From the NCBI GenBank assembly GCA_040080605.1, contig JBEBIB010000002.1, forward strand, positions 123,124 to 187,123: 64,000 nt of DNA, in the 5' to 3' direction. This DNA is from Burkholderiaceae bacterium. GTDB lineage: Bacteria; Pseudomonadota; Gammaproteobacteria; Burkholderiales; Burkholderiaceae_C. Below, in pieces: positions 54,639 to 64,000 of the stretch. Position numbers and translations under genes: made by a program. The first letter of the stretch is position 1, and the number at the start of each line of letters is the position of its first letter. The notes under the pieces are model-generated. The model ran no database searches and was not told the origin of the DNA. It was given only the letters and a program-made list of their open reading frames with translations.

Positions 54639-55703
54639 ATGATCGACTCCTTCACCGCTTTCGGCAGCAACTTGCTCGGCCCGGTCTGGCCCGTCGCCTG
54701 GGCCGTGATCAAGATCGTTGCGCTGATCCTGCCGCTGATGGGCTGCGTGGCCTACCTCACGCTGTGGGAACGCAAGGCCATCGGCTGGAGCCAGATCCGC
54801 CCGGGCCCGAACCGCGTCGGCCCGCTCGGCCTGCTGCAGCCGATCGCCGATGCGGTCAAGCTGCTGTTCAAGGAAATCATCGTTCCGACGGCGGCCAACA
54901 AGACGCTGTTTTTCCTCGGCCCGGTGATGACGATCATGCCTGCGCTCGCCGCCTGGGCGGTCGTGCCCTTCGGCCCTGAAGTGGCGCTGGCCAACGTCAA
55001 TGCCGGCTTGCTGTTCCTGATGGCGATCACCTCGATGGAGGTCTACGGCGTGATCATCGCCGGCTGGGCCTCGAACTCGAAATACGCCTTCCTCGGCGCG
55101 CTGCGCGCGTCGGCGCAGATGGTCAGCTACGAGATTGCGATGGGCTTCTGCATGGTCGTCGTGTTGATGGTCGCGGGCAGCCTCAACATGACCGAGATCG
55201 TGATGAGCCAGGGCCGTGGCATGCTGGCCGACAAGGGCCTGACCTTCCTGTCGTGGAACTGGCTGCCGCTGCTGCCGATCTTCGTCGTGTACTTCATCTC
55301 GGGCCTGGCCGAAACCAACCGCCACCCCTTCGACGTGGTCGAAGGCGAATCGGAAATCGTCGCCGGCCACATGGTCGAGTACTCGGGCATGGCGTTCGCG
55401 ATGTTCTTCCTCGCTGAATACGCCAACATGATCCTGATCAGCACGCTGACGGTCGTGATGTTCCTCGGCGGCTGGCTGCCACCGATCGACAGCGCCTTGT
55501 TCAACTGGATCCCGGGCTGGATCTGGATGGCGATGAAGACCTTCGTCGTCGTGACGATCTTCCTGTGGGTTCGCGCGAGTTTCCCGCGCTTCCGCTACGA
55601 CCAGATCATGCGTCTGGGCTGGAAGATCTTCATCCCCATCACGCTCGTTTGGCTGGTGGTCGTGGGGCTGTGGATCCAGTCCCCCTGGAACATCTGGAAG
55701 TGA
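54639..55703 (+). CDS. nuoH: NADH-quinone oxidoreductase subunit H
   Basis: ERK...[35 protein letters not shown]. Confidence 0.98.
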   Translation: MIDSFTAFGSNLLGPVWPVAWAVIKIVALILPLMGCVAYLTLWERKAIGWSQIRPGPNRVGPLGLLQPIADAVKLLFKEIIVPTAANKTLFFLGPVMTIMPALAAWAVVPFGPEVALANVNAGLLFLMAITSMEVYGVIIAGWASNSKYAFLGALRASAQMVSYEIAMGFCMVVVLMVAGSLNMTEIVMSQGRGMLADKGLTFLSWNWLPLLPIFVVYFISGLAETNRHPFDVVEGESEIVAGHMVEYSGMAFAMFFLAEYANMILISTLTVVMFLGGWLPPIDSALFNWIPGWIWMAMKTFVVVTIFLWVRASFPRFRYDQIMRLGWKIFIPITLVWLVVVGLWIQSPWNIWK

Positions 55704-55714
55704 AGGGCGCAACC

Positions 55715-56221
55715 ATGGCCACCGCATCGGTATCGACACCCGTCAGGGACTTCTTCTCGAGCTTCCTGCTCGGCGAGTTGTTCAAGGGCATGGCCCTGAC
55801 CGGCCGCCACTTCTGGTCGCGCAAGATCACGGTGCAGTTCCCCGAGGAAAAAACGCCGCTGTCGCCGCGCTTTCGTGGCCTGCATGCGCTGCGCCGTTAT
55901 GAGAACGGCGAAGAGCGCTGCATTGCCTGCAAGCTCTGCGAAGCGGTCTGCCCGGCAATGGCGATCACGATCGAGAGCGACGTGCGCGACGACGGCTCGC
56001 GCCGCACCACGCGCTACGACATCGACCTGACCAAGTGCATCTTCTGCGGCTTCTGCGAAGAAAGCTGCCCGGTCGACTCGATCGTCGAGACCCACATCTT
56101 CGAGTACCACGGCGAAAAACGCGGCGACCTGTACTTCACGAAGGACATGCTGCTCGCCGTGGGTGACCGCTATGAAGGCGAAATCGCCAAAGCCAAGGAG
56201 GCGGACGCCAAATACCGCTGA
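55715..56221 (+). CDS. nuoI: NADH-quinone oxidoreductase subunit I
   Basis: [24 protein letters not shown]. Confidence 0.98.
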   Translation: MATASVSTPVRDFFSSFLLGELFKGMALTGRHFWSRKITVQFPEEKTPLSPRFRGLHALRRYENGEERCIACKLCEAVCPAMAITIESDVRDDGSRRTTRYDIDLTKCIFCGFCEESCPVDSIVETHIFEYHGEKRGDLYFTKDMLLAVGDRYEGEIAKAKEADAKYR

Positions 56222-56276
56222 GCTTCACCGCTCGGTGCGTTGGCCGCAGGGGCTTGTTCCCCTGCGCAAGAACAAC

Positions 56277-56921
56277 ATGGACATGAACACCGCGCTCTTC
56301 TACGTTTTTTCGGTCGTGCTGCTGTTTGCCGCTTTCCGCGTGATCACCGCGCGCAGCCCGGTGTATGCCGCGCTGTTCCTGGTGCTCGCGTTCTTCAACG
56401 CGGCCTGCATCTGGATGCTGCTGCGGGCCGAGTTCCTGGCGATCGTGCTGGTGCTGGTGTACGTCGGCGCCGTGATGGTGCTGTTCCTGTTCGTCGTGAT
56501 GATGCTCGATGTGGGCTCCGAAGCACTGCGTGAGGGCTTCTGGACCCACTTTCCGGTGGCCGCGCTCGTCGGCGTCGTGATCGCGCTCGAGATGGCTGCG
56601 GTGCTGCTGCCCGGTTTCCGCCTGACCGACGCGCCGGCCACCGACGCGCTCGCGCTGAAGGCCGGCAACACCAAGATGCTCGGCGTCGAGGTCTACACAC
56701 GTTACCTGTACCCGCTGCAGATCGCGGCCGTCTTGCTGCTGGTGGCGATCATCGCAGCGATCGCCCTCACGTTGCGCCGCCGCAAGGACTCGAAGTATCA
56801 GAACCCTTCCGACCAGGTGCGCGTGCGCGCTGCCGACCGGGTGCGCATCGTGCAGATGAAACCCGAGATCGAACCAAAGCCGGTGGCCGCCGATGCCGCA
56901 GCAGCGGGGGAAAAGAAATGA
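56277..56921 (+). CDS. nuoJ: NADH-quinone oxidoreductase subunit J
   Basis: [18 protein letters not shown], hydrophobic, operon position. Confidence 0.96.
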   Translation: MDMNTALFYVFSVVLLFAAFRVITARSPVYAALFLVLAFFNAACIWMLLRAEFLAIVLVLVYVGAVMVLFLFVVMMLDVGSEALREGFWTHFPVAALVGVVIALEMAAVLLPGFRLTDAPATDALALKAGNTKMLGVEVYTRYLYPLQIAAVLLLVAIIAAIALTLRRRKDSKYQNPSDQVRVRAADRVRIVQMKPEIEPKPVAADAAAAGEKK

Positions 56922-57235
56922 CGATCGCGTCCATCACGCTCGGCCACTACCTCACGCTCGGTGCGATCCTGTTCGCGCTGTCGGTGATCGGCATCTTCCT
57001 GAACCGCAAGAACCTGATCGTGCTGCTGATGGCGATCGAGCTGATGCTGCTCGCGGTCAATCTGAACTTCGTCGCGTTCTCGTACTACATGGGCGATATG
57101 GCGGGCCAGGTGTTCGTGTTCTTCATCCTCACCGTGGCGGCCGCCGAGTCGGCCATCGGTCTGGCGATCCTGGTGGTGCTGTTCCGCAACCGCGCGACCA
57201 TCAATGTCGACGAGCTTGACGCGCTGAAAGGTTGA
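56918..57235 (+). CDS. nuoK: NADH-quinone oxidoreductase subunit K
   Basis: [19 protein letters not shown]. Confidence 0.97.
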   Translation: MTIASITLGHYLTLGAILFALSVIGIFLNRKNLIVLLMAIELMLLAVNLNFVAFSYYMGDMAGQVFVFFILTVAAAESAIGLAILVVLFRNRATINVDELDALKG

Positions 57236-57243
57236 TCGAAGCC

Positions 57244-59268
57244 ATGTCAGCACAACTCTCACAGAATCTCCTGCTCGCGGTGCCGCTGGCGCCCTTGGTC
57301 GGTGCCATCGCTGCCGGCCTGTTTGGGAAAGCCATCGGCCGCCGCGGTGCCCACACGGTTACGATCCTCGGCGTATTGGTCGCGTTCATCATTTCCGCGA
57401 TGACGCTGAAGTCCGTCGCCATCGACGGCGCCCGCTTCAACGCCACCATCTACGAGTGGATGATGCTCGGCGGCCTGAAGATGGAAGTCGGCTTCCTGGT
57501 CGACGGCCTGACGGCGATGATGATGTGCGTCGTCACCTTCGTGTCGCTGATGGTCCACATCTTCACCATCGGCTACATGGAAGAAGACCCGGGCTACCAG
57601 CGCTTCTTCAGCTACATCGCGCTGTTCACCTTCTCGATGCTGATGCTCGTGATGAGCAACAACTTCCTGCAGCTGTTCTTCGGCTGGGAAGCGGTGGGCC
57701 TGGTGTCGTACCTGCTGATCGGCTTCTGGTTCACCAAGCCGACCGCGATCTTCGCGAACATGAAGGCCTTTCTCGTCAACCGGGTCGGCGACTTCGGCTT
57801 CATCCTGGGCATCGGCCTGATCGTGGCCTACGCCGGCACGCTGAACTACGGTGAAGCGTTTGCGAAGGGCGGCGAGCTCGCGAAGCTCACGCTGCCCGGC
57901 ACCGAGTGGATGCTGATCACCGTGACCTGCATCTGCCTGTTCATCGGCGCGATGGGCAAGAGCGCGCAGTTCCCCTTGCACGTGTGGTTGCCCGACTCGA
58001 TGGAAGGCCCGACGCCGATCTCGGCGCTGATCCACGCCGCCACGATGGTGACCGCCGGCATCTTCATGGTGGCGCGCATGTCGCCGCTGTTCGAGCTGTC
58101 CGATACGGCGCTCAGCTTCGTGATGGTGATCGGTGCGATCACGGCGCTGTTCATGGGCTTTCTCGGCATCATCCAGAACGACATCAAGCGGGTGGTCGCG
58201 TATTCCACGCTCAGCCAGTTGGGCTACATGACGGTCGCCCTCGGCGCCTCGGCCTATTCGGTCGCGGTGTTCCACCTGATGACGCACGCCTTTTTCAAGG
58301 CGCTGCTGTTCCTGGCCGCCGGCTCGGTGATCATCGGCATGCATCATGACCAGGACATCCGCAACATGGGTGGCCTGCGCAAGTACATGCCGATCACCTG
58401 GATCACGGCGTTGCTGGGCTCGCTCGCGCTGATCGGCACGCCGCTGTTCGCCGGCTTCTATTCGAAAGACAGCATCATCGAAGCGGTGCACGAGAGCCAC
58501 CTGTGGGGTTCGGGCTTCGCCTACTTCGCGGTCGCGGCCGGCGTGTTCATCACCGCGTTTTATTCCTTCCGCATGTACTTCCTGGTGTTCCACGGCAAGG
58601 AGCACTTTCGGCACAAGCCGTTCCCCGGAGAGCACGACCACCACGATGACGGCCACCACCACGAGCCGCATGTGCCGCACGAGTCACCCTGGGTCGTAAC
58701 CTTCCCGCTGATCGCCCTGGCGATTCCCTCGGTCGTGATCGGCTACCTGACGATCGGCCCGATGCTCTACGGCGACTTCTTCAAGGACGCGATCTTCATC
58801 GACCTGGCCAAACACCCGGCGATGGAAGAAATGGCCAAGGCCTTCCACGGTGCCGGCGCGATGGCGCTGCACGGCCTGAGCACGCTGCCGTTCTGGCTCG
58901 CGCTGGCCGGTGTGGTCACGGCCTACGTGTTCTACATGGTCAAGCCGGAGATCCCGACCGCGATCAAGGCGCGCTTCGGTTTCATCAACCGCCTGCTCGA
59001 GAACAAGTACTACCTCGACTGGTTCAACGAGAACGTGCTGGCCCGTGCCGCACGCCTGGCCGGTACCGGCCTGTGGAAGGGTGGCGACGAAGCCGTGATC
59101 GACGGCGCCATCAACGGTTCGGCGCGTGCGATGGGCGGCCTGGCTGCGCTCGGCCGCACCTTGCAGACCGGTTACCTCTACTGGTATGCGCTGGTGATGA
59201 TCATGGGCGTGATCGGGCTGATGACCTGGCAGCTGTGGCCGTTCCTGATGAGCCGCATCGGCCTTTGA
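57244..59268 (+). CDS. nuoL: NADH-quinone oxidoreductase subunit L
   Basis: FFGWEAVG, NRVGDFG, GKSAQFPL, MEGPTPISALIHAATMV, HAFFKALLF. Confidence 0.98.
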   Translation: MSAQLSQNLLLAVPLAPLVGAIAAGLFGKAIGRRGAHTVTILGVLVAFIISAMTLKSVAIDGARFNATIYEWMMLGGLKMEVGFLVDGLTAMMMCVVTFVSLMVHIFTIGYMEEDPGYQRFFSYIALFTFSMLMLVMSNNFLQLFFGWEAVGLVSYLLIGFWFTKPTAIFANMKAFLVNRVGDFGFILGIGLIVAYAGTLNYGEAFAKGGELAKLTLPGTEWMLITVTCICLFIGAMGKSAQFPLHVWLPDSMEGPTPISALIHAATMVTAGIFMVARMSPLFELSDTALSFVMVIGAITALFMGFLGIIQNDIKRVVAYSTLSQLGYMTVALGASAYSVAVFHLMTHAFFKALLFLAAGSVIIGMHHDQDIRNMGGLRKYMPITWITALLGSLALIGTPLFAGFYSKDSIIEAVHESHLWGSGFAYFAVAAGVFITAFYSFRMYFLVFHGKEHFRHKPFPGEHDHHDDGHHHEPHVPHESPWVVTFPLIALAIPSVVIGYLTIGPMLYGDFFKDAIFIDLAKHPAMEEMAKAFHGAGAMALHGLSTLPFWLALAGVVTAYVFYMVKPEIPTAIKARFGFINRLLENKYYLDWFNENVLARAARLAGTGLWKGGDEAVIDGAINGSARAMGGLAALGRTLQTGYLYWYALVMIMGVIGLMTWQLWPFLMSRIGL

Positions 59269-59281
59269 AGAGAAGAACAAC

Positions 59282-60760
59282 ATGGGTCTTTTGAGTCTTG
59301 CCATCTGGCTGCCGGTGCTGTCGGGCGTTGTCTTGCTCGCGCTCGGCCGCGAAGAACATGCAGGCACGGTGCGCTGGATCGCCTTGATCGCGGCGTTCGC
59401 GAGCCTGGCCGTCACGCTGCCGCTGGTCACCGGGTTCGACCAAACCACCGCGGCGATGCAGTTCCAGGAGAAGCTTGGCTGGATCGAGCGCTTCAACGTG
59501 CATTACCACCTCGGCGTCGACGGCCTGTCGATGTGGTTCGTGCCGCTCACCGCATTCATCACCGTGATCGTCGTGATCGCCGCTTGGGAGGTGATCACCG
59601 ACCGCGTGCACCAGTACATGGGCGCGTTCCTGATCCTGTCGGGCCTGATGGTCGGTGTGTTCAGCGCGCTCGACGGCCTGCTGTTCTACGTCTTCTTCGA
59701 AGCCACCTTGATCCCGATGTACCTGATCATCGGCGTGTGGGGCGGTCCGCGGCGCGTCTACGCTGCGTTCAAGTTCTTCCTCTACACGCTTGCTGGTTCG
59801 CTCTTGATGCTGGTCGCGCTGATCTACCTGTACTACAAGTCGGGTGGCAGCTTCGACATCCTCACCTGGCACAAGCTGCCGCTGGCGGGGCCGGTACAGA
59901 CGCTGCTGTTCTTCGCCTTCTTCCTCGCCTTCGCGGTCAAGGTGCCGATGTGGCCGGTGCACACCTGGTTGCCCGACGCCCACGTCGAAGCGCCCACCGG
60001 CGGCTCGGTCGTGCTCGCGGCGATCATGCTCAAGCTCGGCGCCTACGGTTTCCTGCGCTTTTCGTTGCCGATCACGCCCGACGCGAGCCACCAGTGGTCG
60101 TGGCTGATGGTCGCGCTGTCGCTGATCGCGGTCGTCTACATCGGCTTCGTCGCGCTGGTGCAGCAAGACATGAAGAAGCTGGTCGCGTATTCGTCGATCG
60201 CTCACATGGGCTTCGTGACCTTCGGCTTCTTCATCTTCAACGAGCTCGGCATGGCCGGTGGCATCGTGCAGATGGTCTCGCACGGCTTCGTCTCGGGCGC
60301 GATGTTCCTGTGCATCGGCGTCTTGTACGACCGTGTGCACTCGCGCGAGATCGCGGCCTACGGCGGTGTCGCCAACACCATGCCCAAGTTCGCCGCCTTC
60401 GCCGTGCTGTTCGCGATGGCCAATTGCGGCCTGCCGGGTACCGCCGGCTTCGTGGGTGAGTGGATGGTCATCCTCGGGGCGGTGAAGTTCAACTTCTGGC
60501 TCGGCGCCGTCGCCGCGACCACGCTGATCTTCGGCGCCGCCTACACGCTGTGGATGGTCAAGCGGGTCTACTTCGGCCCGGTCGCCAACGACCACGTGCG
60601 CACGCTGGCTGACCTGAACGCCCGCGAGTTCACGATGCTCGCCGTGCTGGCCATCGCGGTGTTGTGGATGGGCTTGTACCCGAAGCCTTTCACCGACGTC
60701 ATGCAGGTCTCGGTGAGCGAGCTGCTCAAGCATGTGGCCATTAGCAAGCTCGGCACCTGA
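59282..60760 (+). CDS. nuoM: NADH-quinone oxidoreductase subunit M
   Basis: LGVDGLS, FFEATLIP, VKVPMWPVHTWLP, MLKLGAYG. Confidence 0.98.
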   Translation: MGLLSLAIWLPVLSGVVLLALGREEHAGTVRWIALIAAFASLAVTLPLVTGFDQTTAAMQFQEKLGWIERFNVHYHLGVDGLSMWFVPLTAFITVIVVIAAWEVITDRVHQYMGAFLILSGLMVGVFSALDGLLFYVFFEATLIPMYLIIGVWGGPRRVYAAFKFFLYTLAGSLLMLVALIYLYYKSGGSFDILTWHKLPLAGPVQTLLFFAFFLAFAVKVPMWPVHTWLPDAHVEAPTGGSVVLAAIMLKLGAYGFLRFSLPITPDASHQWSWLMVALSLIAVVYIGFVALVQQDMKKLVAYSSIAHMGFVTFGFFIFNELGMAGGIVQMVSHGFVSGAMFLCIGVLYDRVHSREIAAYGGVANTMPKFAAFAVLFAMANCGLPGTAGFVGEWMVILGAVKFNFWLGAVAATTLIFGAAYTLWMVKRVYFGPVANDHVRTLADLNAREFTMLAVLAIAVLWMGLYPKPFTDVMQVSVSELLKHVAISKLGT

Positions 60761-60779
60761 AAGACAAGAGAACAACACC

Positions 60780-62261
60780 ATGACCCAGATGAACTGGTCC
60801 GCCGTCTACCCGGAAATCGTGCTGCTGGTGATGGCCTGCATGGTGGCGATGGTCGACCTGTGGGTCACCGACCCGCGCCGCACGGCGACCTACTGGCTCA
60901 CGCAGGCCTCGCTCGCCGTCGTGGCCGCGATGCAGCTCGGCGCCTTCAACGGCGGCGAGACGGTCTACGCGATGCAGGGCATGGTCGTGGCCGATCCGAT
61001 GGGCCACCTGCTCGGCTTCTTCGCCACCGTGGCCGTGATGATCTCGCTCGTCTACGCGCGCCCCTACGCCGGCTCGCGCGACATGCTCAAGGGCGAACTC
61101 TTCACGCTCAGCCTGTTCTCCCTGCTCGGCATCTGTGTGATGCTGTCGGCCAATAACTTCCTGGTCGTCTACCTCGGCCTGGAACTGATGACGTTGAGCC
61201 TGTACGCGCTGGTCGCCTTGCGCCGTGACCACGCCGACGCAACCGAAGCCGCGATGAAGTACTTCGTGCTCGGCGCGCTGGCCAGCGGCTTCCTGCTCTA
61301 CGGCCTGTCGATGATGTACGGCGCCACCGGCTCGCTCGACATCAACGAGGTCTTCAAGGCGATCGGCACCGGCCAGATCAACAAGCAGGTGCTGATCCTC
61401 GGCGAGGTCTTCGTCGTCGCCGGCCTGGCCTTCAAGCTCGGCGCCGTGCCCTTCCACATGTGGGTGCCCGACGTGTACCAAGGCGCGCCCACCGCGGTCA
61501 CGCTGCTGATCGGCGGCGCGCCCAAGCTGGCGGCTTTTGCGATCACGATCCGCCTGCTGGTCGAAGGCATGCTGGGCCTGGCGGTCGACTGGCAGCAGAT
61601 GCTGGTCGTGCTCGCGTTCGGTTCGATGCTGCTCGGCAACGTGGTCGCCATCGCGCAAAGCAACCTGAAACGCATGCTGGCCTATTCGAGCATCGCGCAG
61701 ATGGGTTTCATGCTGCTCGGCCTGTGCTCGGGCGTGGTCTACGGCAACACCGTGTCAGCCGGCAACTCCTACGCGTCGTCGATGTTCTACATCGTCACCT
61801 ACGTGCTCACCACGCTCGGTACCTTCGGCATGATCATGCTGCTGTCGCGCCAGGGCTTTGAGTCCGAAGAGGTGAGCGATCTGGCCGGCCTGGCCAAGCG
61901 CAGCCCGTGGTTCGCCGCGGTGATGGCGGTCTTCATGTTCTCGCTCGCTGGCCTGCCGCCGACGGTCGGCTTCTACGCCAAGCTGTCGGTATTGCAGTCA
62001 CTGATCTCGACCAACAGCGCGGGCTACATCTGGCTCGCGGTCGCGGCCGTCGTGTTGTCGCTGGTCGGCGCCTACTACTACCTGCGTGTCGTCAAGGTCA
62101 TGTTCTTCGACGAACCGGCCGACCTGCGGCCCATCGTCAGCACCGGCGACGTGCGCGCCGTGCTCTCGCTCAACGGCGCCGCGGTTCTGGGTTTCGGCCT
62201 GCTGCCGGGTGGCCTGATGGCGCTGTGTGTCGACGCGCTCGTCAAGGCGCTGACGACCTGA
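60780..62261 (+). CDS. nuoN: NADH-quinone oxidoreductase subunit N
   Basis: GLELMTL, EAAMKYF, FKLGAVPFHMWVPDVYQG, SLAGLPPT. Confidence 0.97.
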   Translation: MTQMNWSAVYPEIVLLVMACMVAMVDLWVTDPRRTATYWLTQASLAVVAAMQLGAFNGGETVYAMQGMVVADPMGHLLGFFATVAVMISLVYARPYAGSRDMLKGELFTLSLFSLLGICVMLSANNFLVVYLGLELMTLSLYALVALRRDHADATEAAMKYFVLGALASGFLLYGLSMMYGATGSLDINEVFKAIGTGQINKQVLILGEVFVVAGLAFKLGAVPFHMWVPDVYQGAPTAVTLLIGGAPKLAAFAITIRLLVEGMLGLAVDWQQMLVVLAFGSMLLGNVVAIAQSNLKRMLAYSSIAQMGFMLLGLCSGVVYGNTVSAGNSYASSMFYIVTYVLTTLGTFGMIMLLSRQGFESEEVSDLAGLAKRSPWFAAVMAVFMFSLAGLPPTVGFYAKLSVLQSLISTNSAGYIWLAVAAVVLSLVGAYYYLRVVKVMFFDEPADLRPIVSTGDVRAVLSLNGAAVLGFGLLPGGLMALCVDALVKALTT

Positions 62262-62268
62262 GCCTGCG

Positions 62269-62886
62269 GTGACCGCGCCCGAACAGCGGGGCGCCCCCGA
62301 CGCCCACCTGCGCGAAGATCCGCTGCACTCAGAGCAGGTCTACCGCGGCCATTTTCTCGACGTGCGCCGTGACCAGGTTCGCTTGCCCGACGGCAACACC
62401 GCCGGTCGCGAGTACATCGTTCACCCTGGCGCCGTGATGATCGTGCCGCTGCTCGATGACGGCCGGCTGGTGGTCGAGCGCCAGTGGCGTCACCCGATGG
62501 CGCGTGTGATGCTGGAGTTCCCTGCCGGCAAGCTCGAGAAGGGTGAGCCACCCTTCGAATGCGCCGTGCGAGAACTGTTCGAAGAAACCGGCTACCGCGC
62601 CGCCGAGTGGGCGCGCGCTGGCATCATGCACAACGCGATCGCGTATTCCACCGAAGGCATCGAGATCTGGTTCGCGCGTGGCCTGACGTTGGGCCAGCGC
62701 CAGCTCGACGCCGGCGAGTTTCTCGACGTGCTGGCCTGCAGCGAAGATCAACTCGACGACCTGGCCCGCCGCGGTGAACTCACCGACGCCAAGACGCTGG
62801 TGGGGCTGCAATGGTTGCAGAATTGGCGCGCCGGGCGCTGGCCTTTGCTCTGGCACGACACTCCGCCAGCCCCGGCGTGCCCATAA
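62269..62886 (+). CDS. NUDIX hydrolase (ADP-ribose pyrophosphatase-like)
   Basis: EYIVHPGAV, EFPAGKLEKGE...AVRELFEETG Nudix box, DAKT; GTG start. Confidence 0.9.
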   Translation: MTAPEQRGAPDAHLREDPLHSEQVYRGHFLDVRRDQVRLPDGNTAGREYIVHPGAVMIVPLLDDGRLVVERQWRHPMARVMLEFPAGKLEKGEPPFECAVRELFEETGYRAAEWARAGIMHNAIAYSTEGIEIWFARGLTLGQRQLDAGEFLDVLACSEDQLDDLARRGELTDAKTLVGLQWLQNWRAGRWPLLWHDTPPAPACP

Positions 62887-62893
62887 TGCAGCC

Positions 62894-63337
62894 ATGAAGG
62901 TTCTGAACCTGCGCTGCAGCAATGACCACCGCTTCGAAGGCTGGTTCGCGTCGGATGACGACTTTCAATCCCAGGGCGAACGGGGCCTCGTCACCTGCCC
63001 GATGTGCAACGACACCAGCATCTTCCGGCTGCCGAGCGCGCCGCGGCTGAACGTGTCGAAGCAGCGGGATGTGGCCACCGCCGAGCCGGGCGCGCCCGTG
63101 CCGATGCAGTCGCAGATGCAGGCCCATTGGCTGCGCGCGGTGCGCCACATGATGAAGAACACCGAAGACGTGGGCGACCGGTTCCCGGAGGAAGCGCGCC
63201 GCATCCACTACGGTGAATCCGAGGAGCGAGGCATCCGTGGCCGCGCCTCGCCGGAAGATGCCGACGCCCTGCGCGAAGAGGGCATCGACGTGGTGGCCGT
63301 GGCCTTGCCCGAGCCGCTGAAGGGCCCGGTTCAGTAG
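62894..63337 (+). CDS. DUF1178-family protein
   Basis: LRCSNDHRFEGWF, CPMC, APRL, EDVGDRFPEEARRIHYGE..ERGIRG. Confidence 0.85.
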   Translation: MKVLNLRCSNDHRFEGWFASDDDFQSQGERGLVTCPMCNDTSIFRLPSAPRLNVSKQRDVATAEPGAPVPMQSQMQAHWLRAVRHMMKNTEDVGDRFPEEARRIHYGESEERGIRGRASPEDADALREEGIDVVAVALPEPLKGPVQ

Positions 63338-63342
63338 GGCGC

Positions 63343-63597
63343 TCAGGCCACAGCGGTAACGCTCGGCGTCAACACGACGAGTTGTGCATCGCTCATCGCA
63401 CTGAGCAGCACGTCGCTGCTCCGGTCCACGGTGAAACCTTCGCCGGCGTCGATCACGACGTCGCGCAGATCGCCGTCCATCGTGATCCACAAGCGGCCGC
63501 CGAGCGCTTCGATGCGCTGGCCGAGCGCGTGGTGCAGGTGCAGGACTTCGCCCTTGCGCAGTGCGGTGGAGGCCAGGGTCAGGTCGTTGGTGTTCAT
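63343..63597 (-). CDS. DUF2917-family small cupin-like protein
   Basis: GRLWITMDGDLRDVVIDAGEGF; GGAGAACC RBS; divergent from LysR. Confidence 0.8.
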   Translation of the reverse strand: MNTNDLTLASTALRKGEVLHLHHALGQRIEALGGRLWITMDGDLRDVVIDAGEGFTVDRSSDVLLSAMSDAQLVVLTPSVTAVA

Positions 63598-63772
63598 CAG
63601 GGTTCTCCTTTGACATGCCTTCGTTGCATGCAAGACGCCGGGTCGGCGTGAAGGCTGCTGCGAAGGGGTGACGAAAGTGTGTTCTTCCGGCCGCCGCGGT
63701 TCAAACGGTATGTTGGAATGCTTTGCATGCAAAAATGGAATGTGAAACGTCCCTCGACCTGAAGGAACCCGC

Positions 63773-64000
63773 ATGCGCCACTACGACCTGCCGCCGCTGG
63801 CCCAGCTCGAAGCCTTCGAGGCTGCGGCGCGCTACCTGAGCTTCACAAAGGCGGCCGACGAGCTCGCGCTGACGCAGTCGGCGGTCAGCCGCCAGATCGC
63901 GGCATTGGAAAGCCACTACGGCCTGCCGCTGTTCCGCCGCCTGCACCGCGCGCTGCGCCTCACCGAAGACGGCCACACGCTGCAGCGGGTGGTCGGCGAG
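63773..64000 (+). CDS. LysR-family regulator, GcvA-like (runs off window end)
   Basis: LPPLAQLEAFEAAARYLSFTKAADELALTQSAVSRQIAALE; not in ORF track because truncated. Confidence 0.92.
   Translation, partial: MRHYDLPPLAQLEAFEAAARYLSFTKAADELALTQSAVSRQIAALESHYGLPLFRRLHRALRLTEDGHTLQRVVGE

Overview
High-GC Betaproteobacterial (Burkholderiales, Rubrivivax/Rhizobacter/Piscinibacter-like; inferred from gene order and protein style) chromosomal segment. Most of it is housekeeping: late cobalamin genes (cbiB-cobQ-cobT-cobS-phosphatase), rnfB-nth, phaZ, an aromatic aminotransferase, uvrB, the iscRSUA-hscBA-fdx operon, kdpFABCDE, a sigma54/NtrC/ANTAR-controlled nitrate ABC transporter-nirB operon, tsaD, hsp20, rpsO-pnp, tpiA-secG-tRNA-Leu and a complete nuoA-N operon. 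The stand-out is a ~5.5 kb accessory block (32920-38365). It holds an RsaM-like gene and a small HTH-like gene divergent from a LuxR 'solo' whose AHL pocket is altered. A lux/cep-box-like operator follows luxR, and the gene downstream of it is not luxI but a 63-aa double-glycine-leader precursor with two GPNGGW repeats, followed by HlyD and a C39-peptidase ABC exporter. No modifying enzyme, immunity gene or AHL synthase is in the window. This is a candidate LuxR-coupled peptide signalling (or quorum-controlled microcin-like) system. No CRISPR, rRNA or mobile element was found. Start codons were picked by eye (RBS/overlap), and family assignments come from motif recognition, not database searches.
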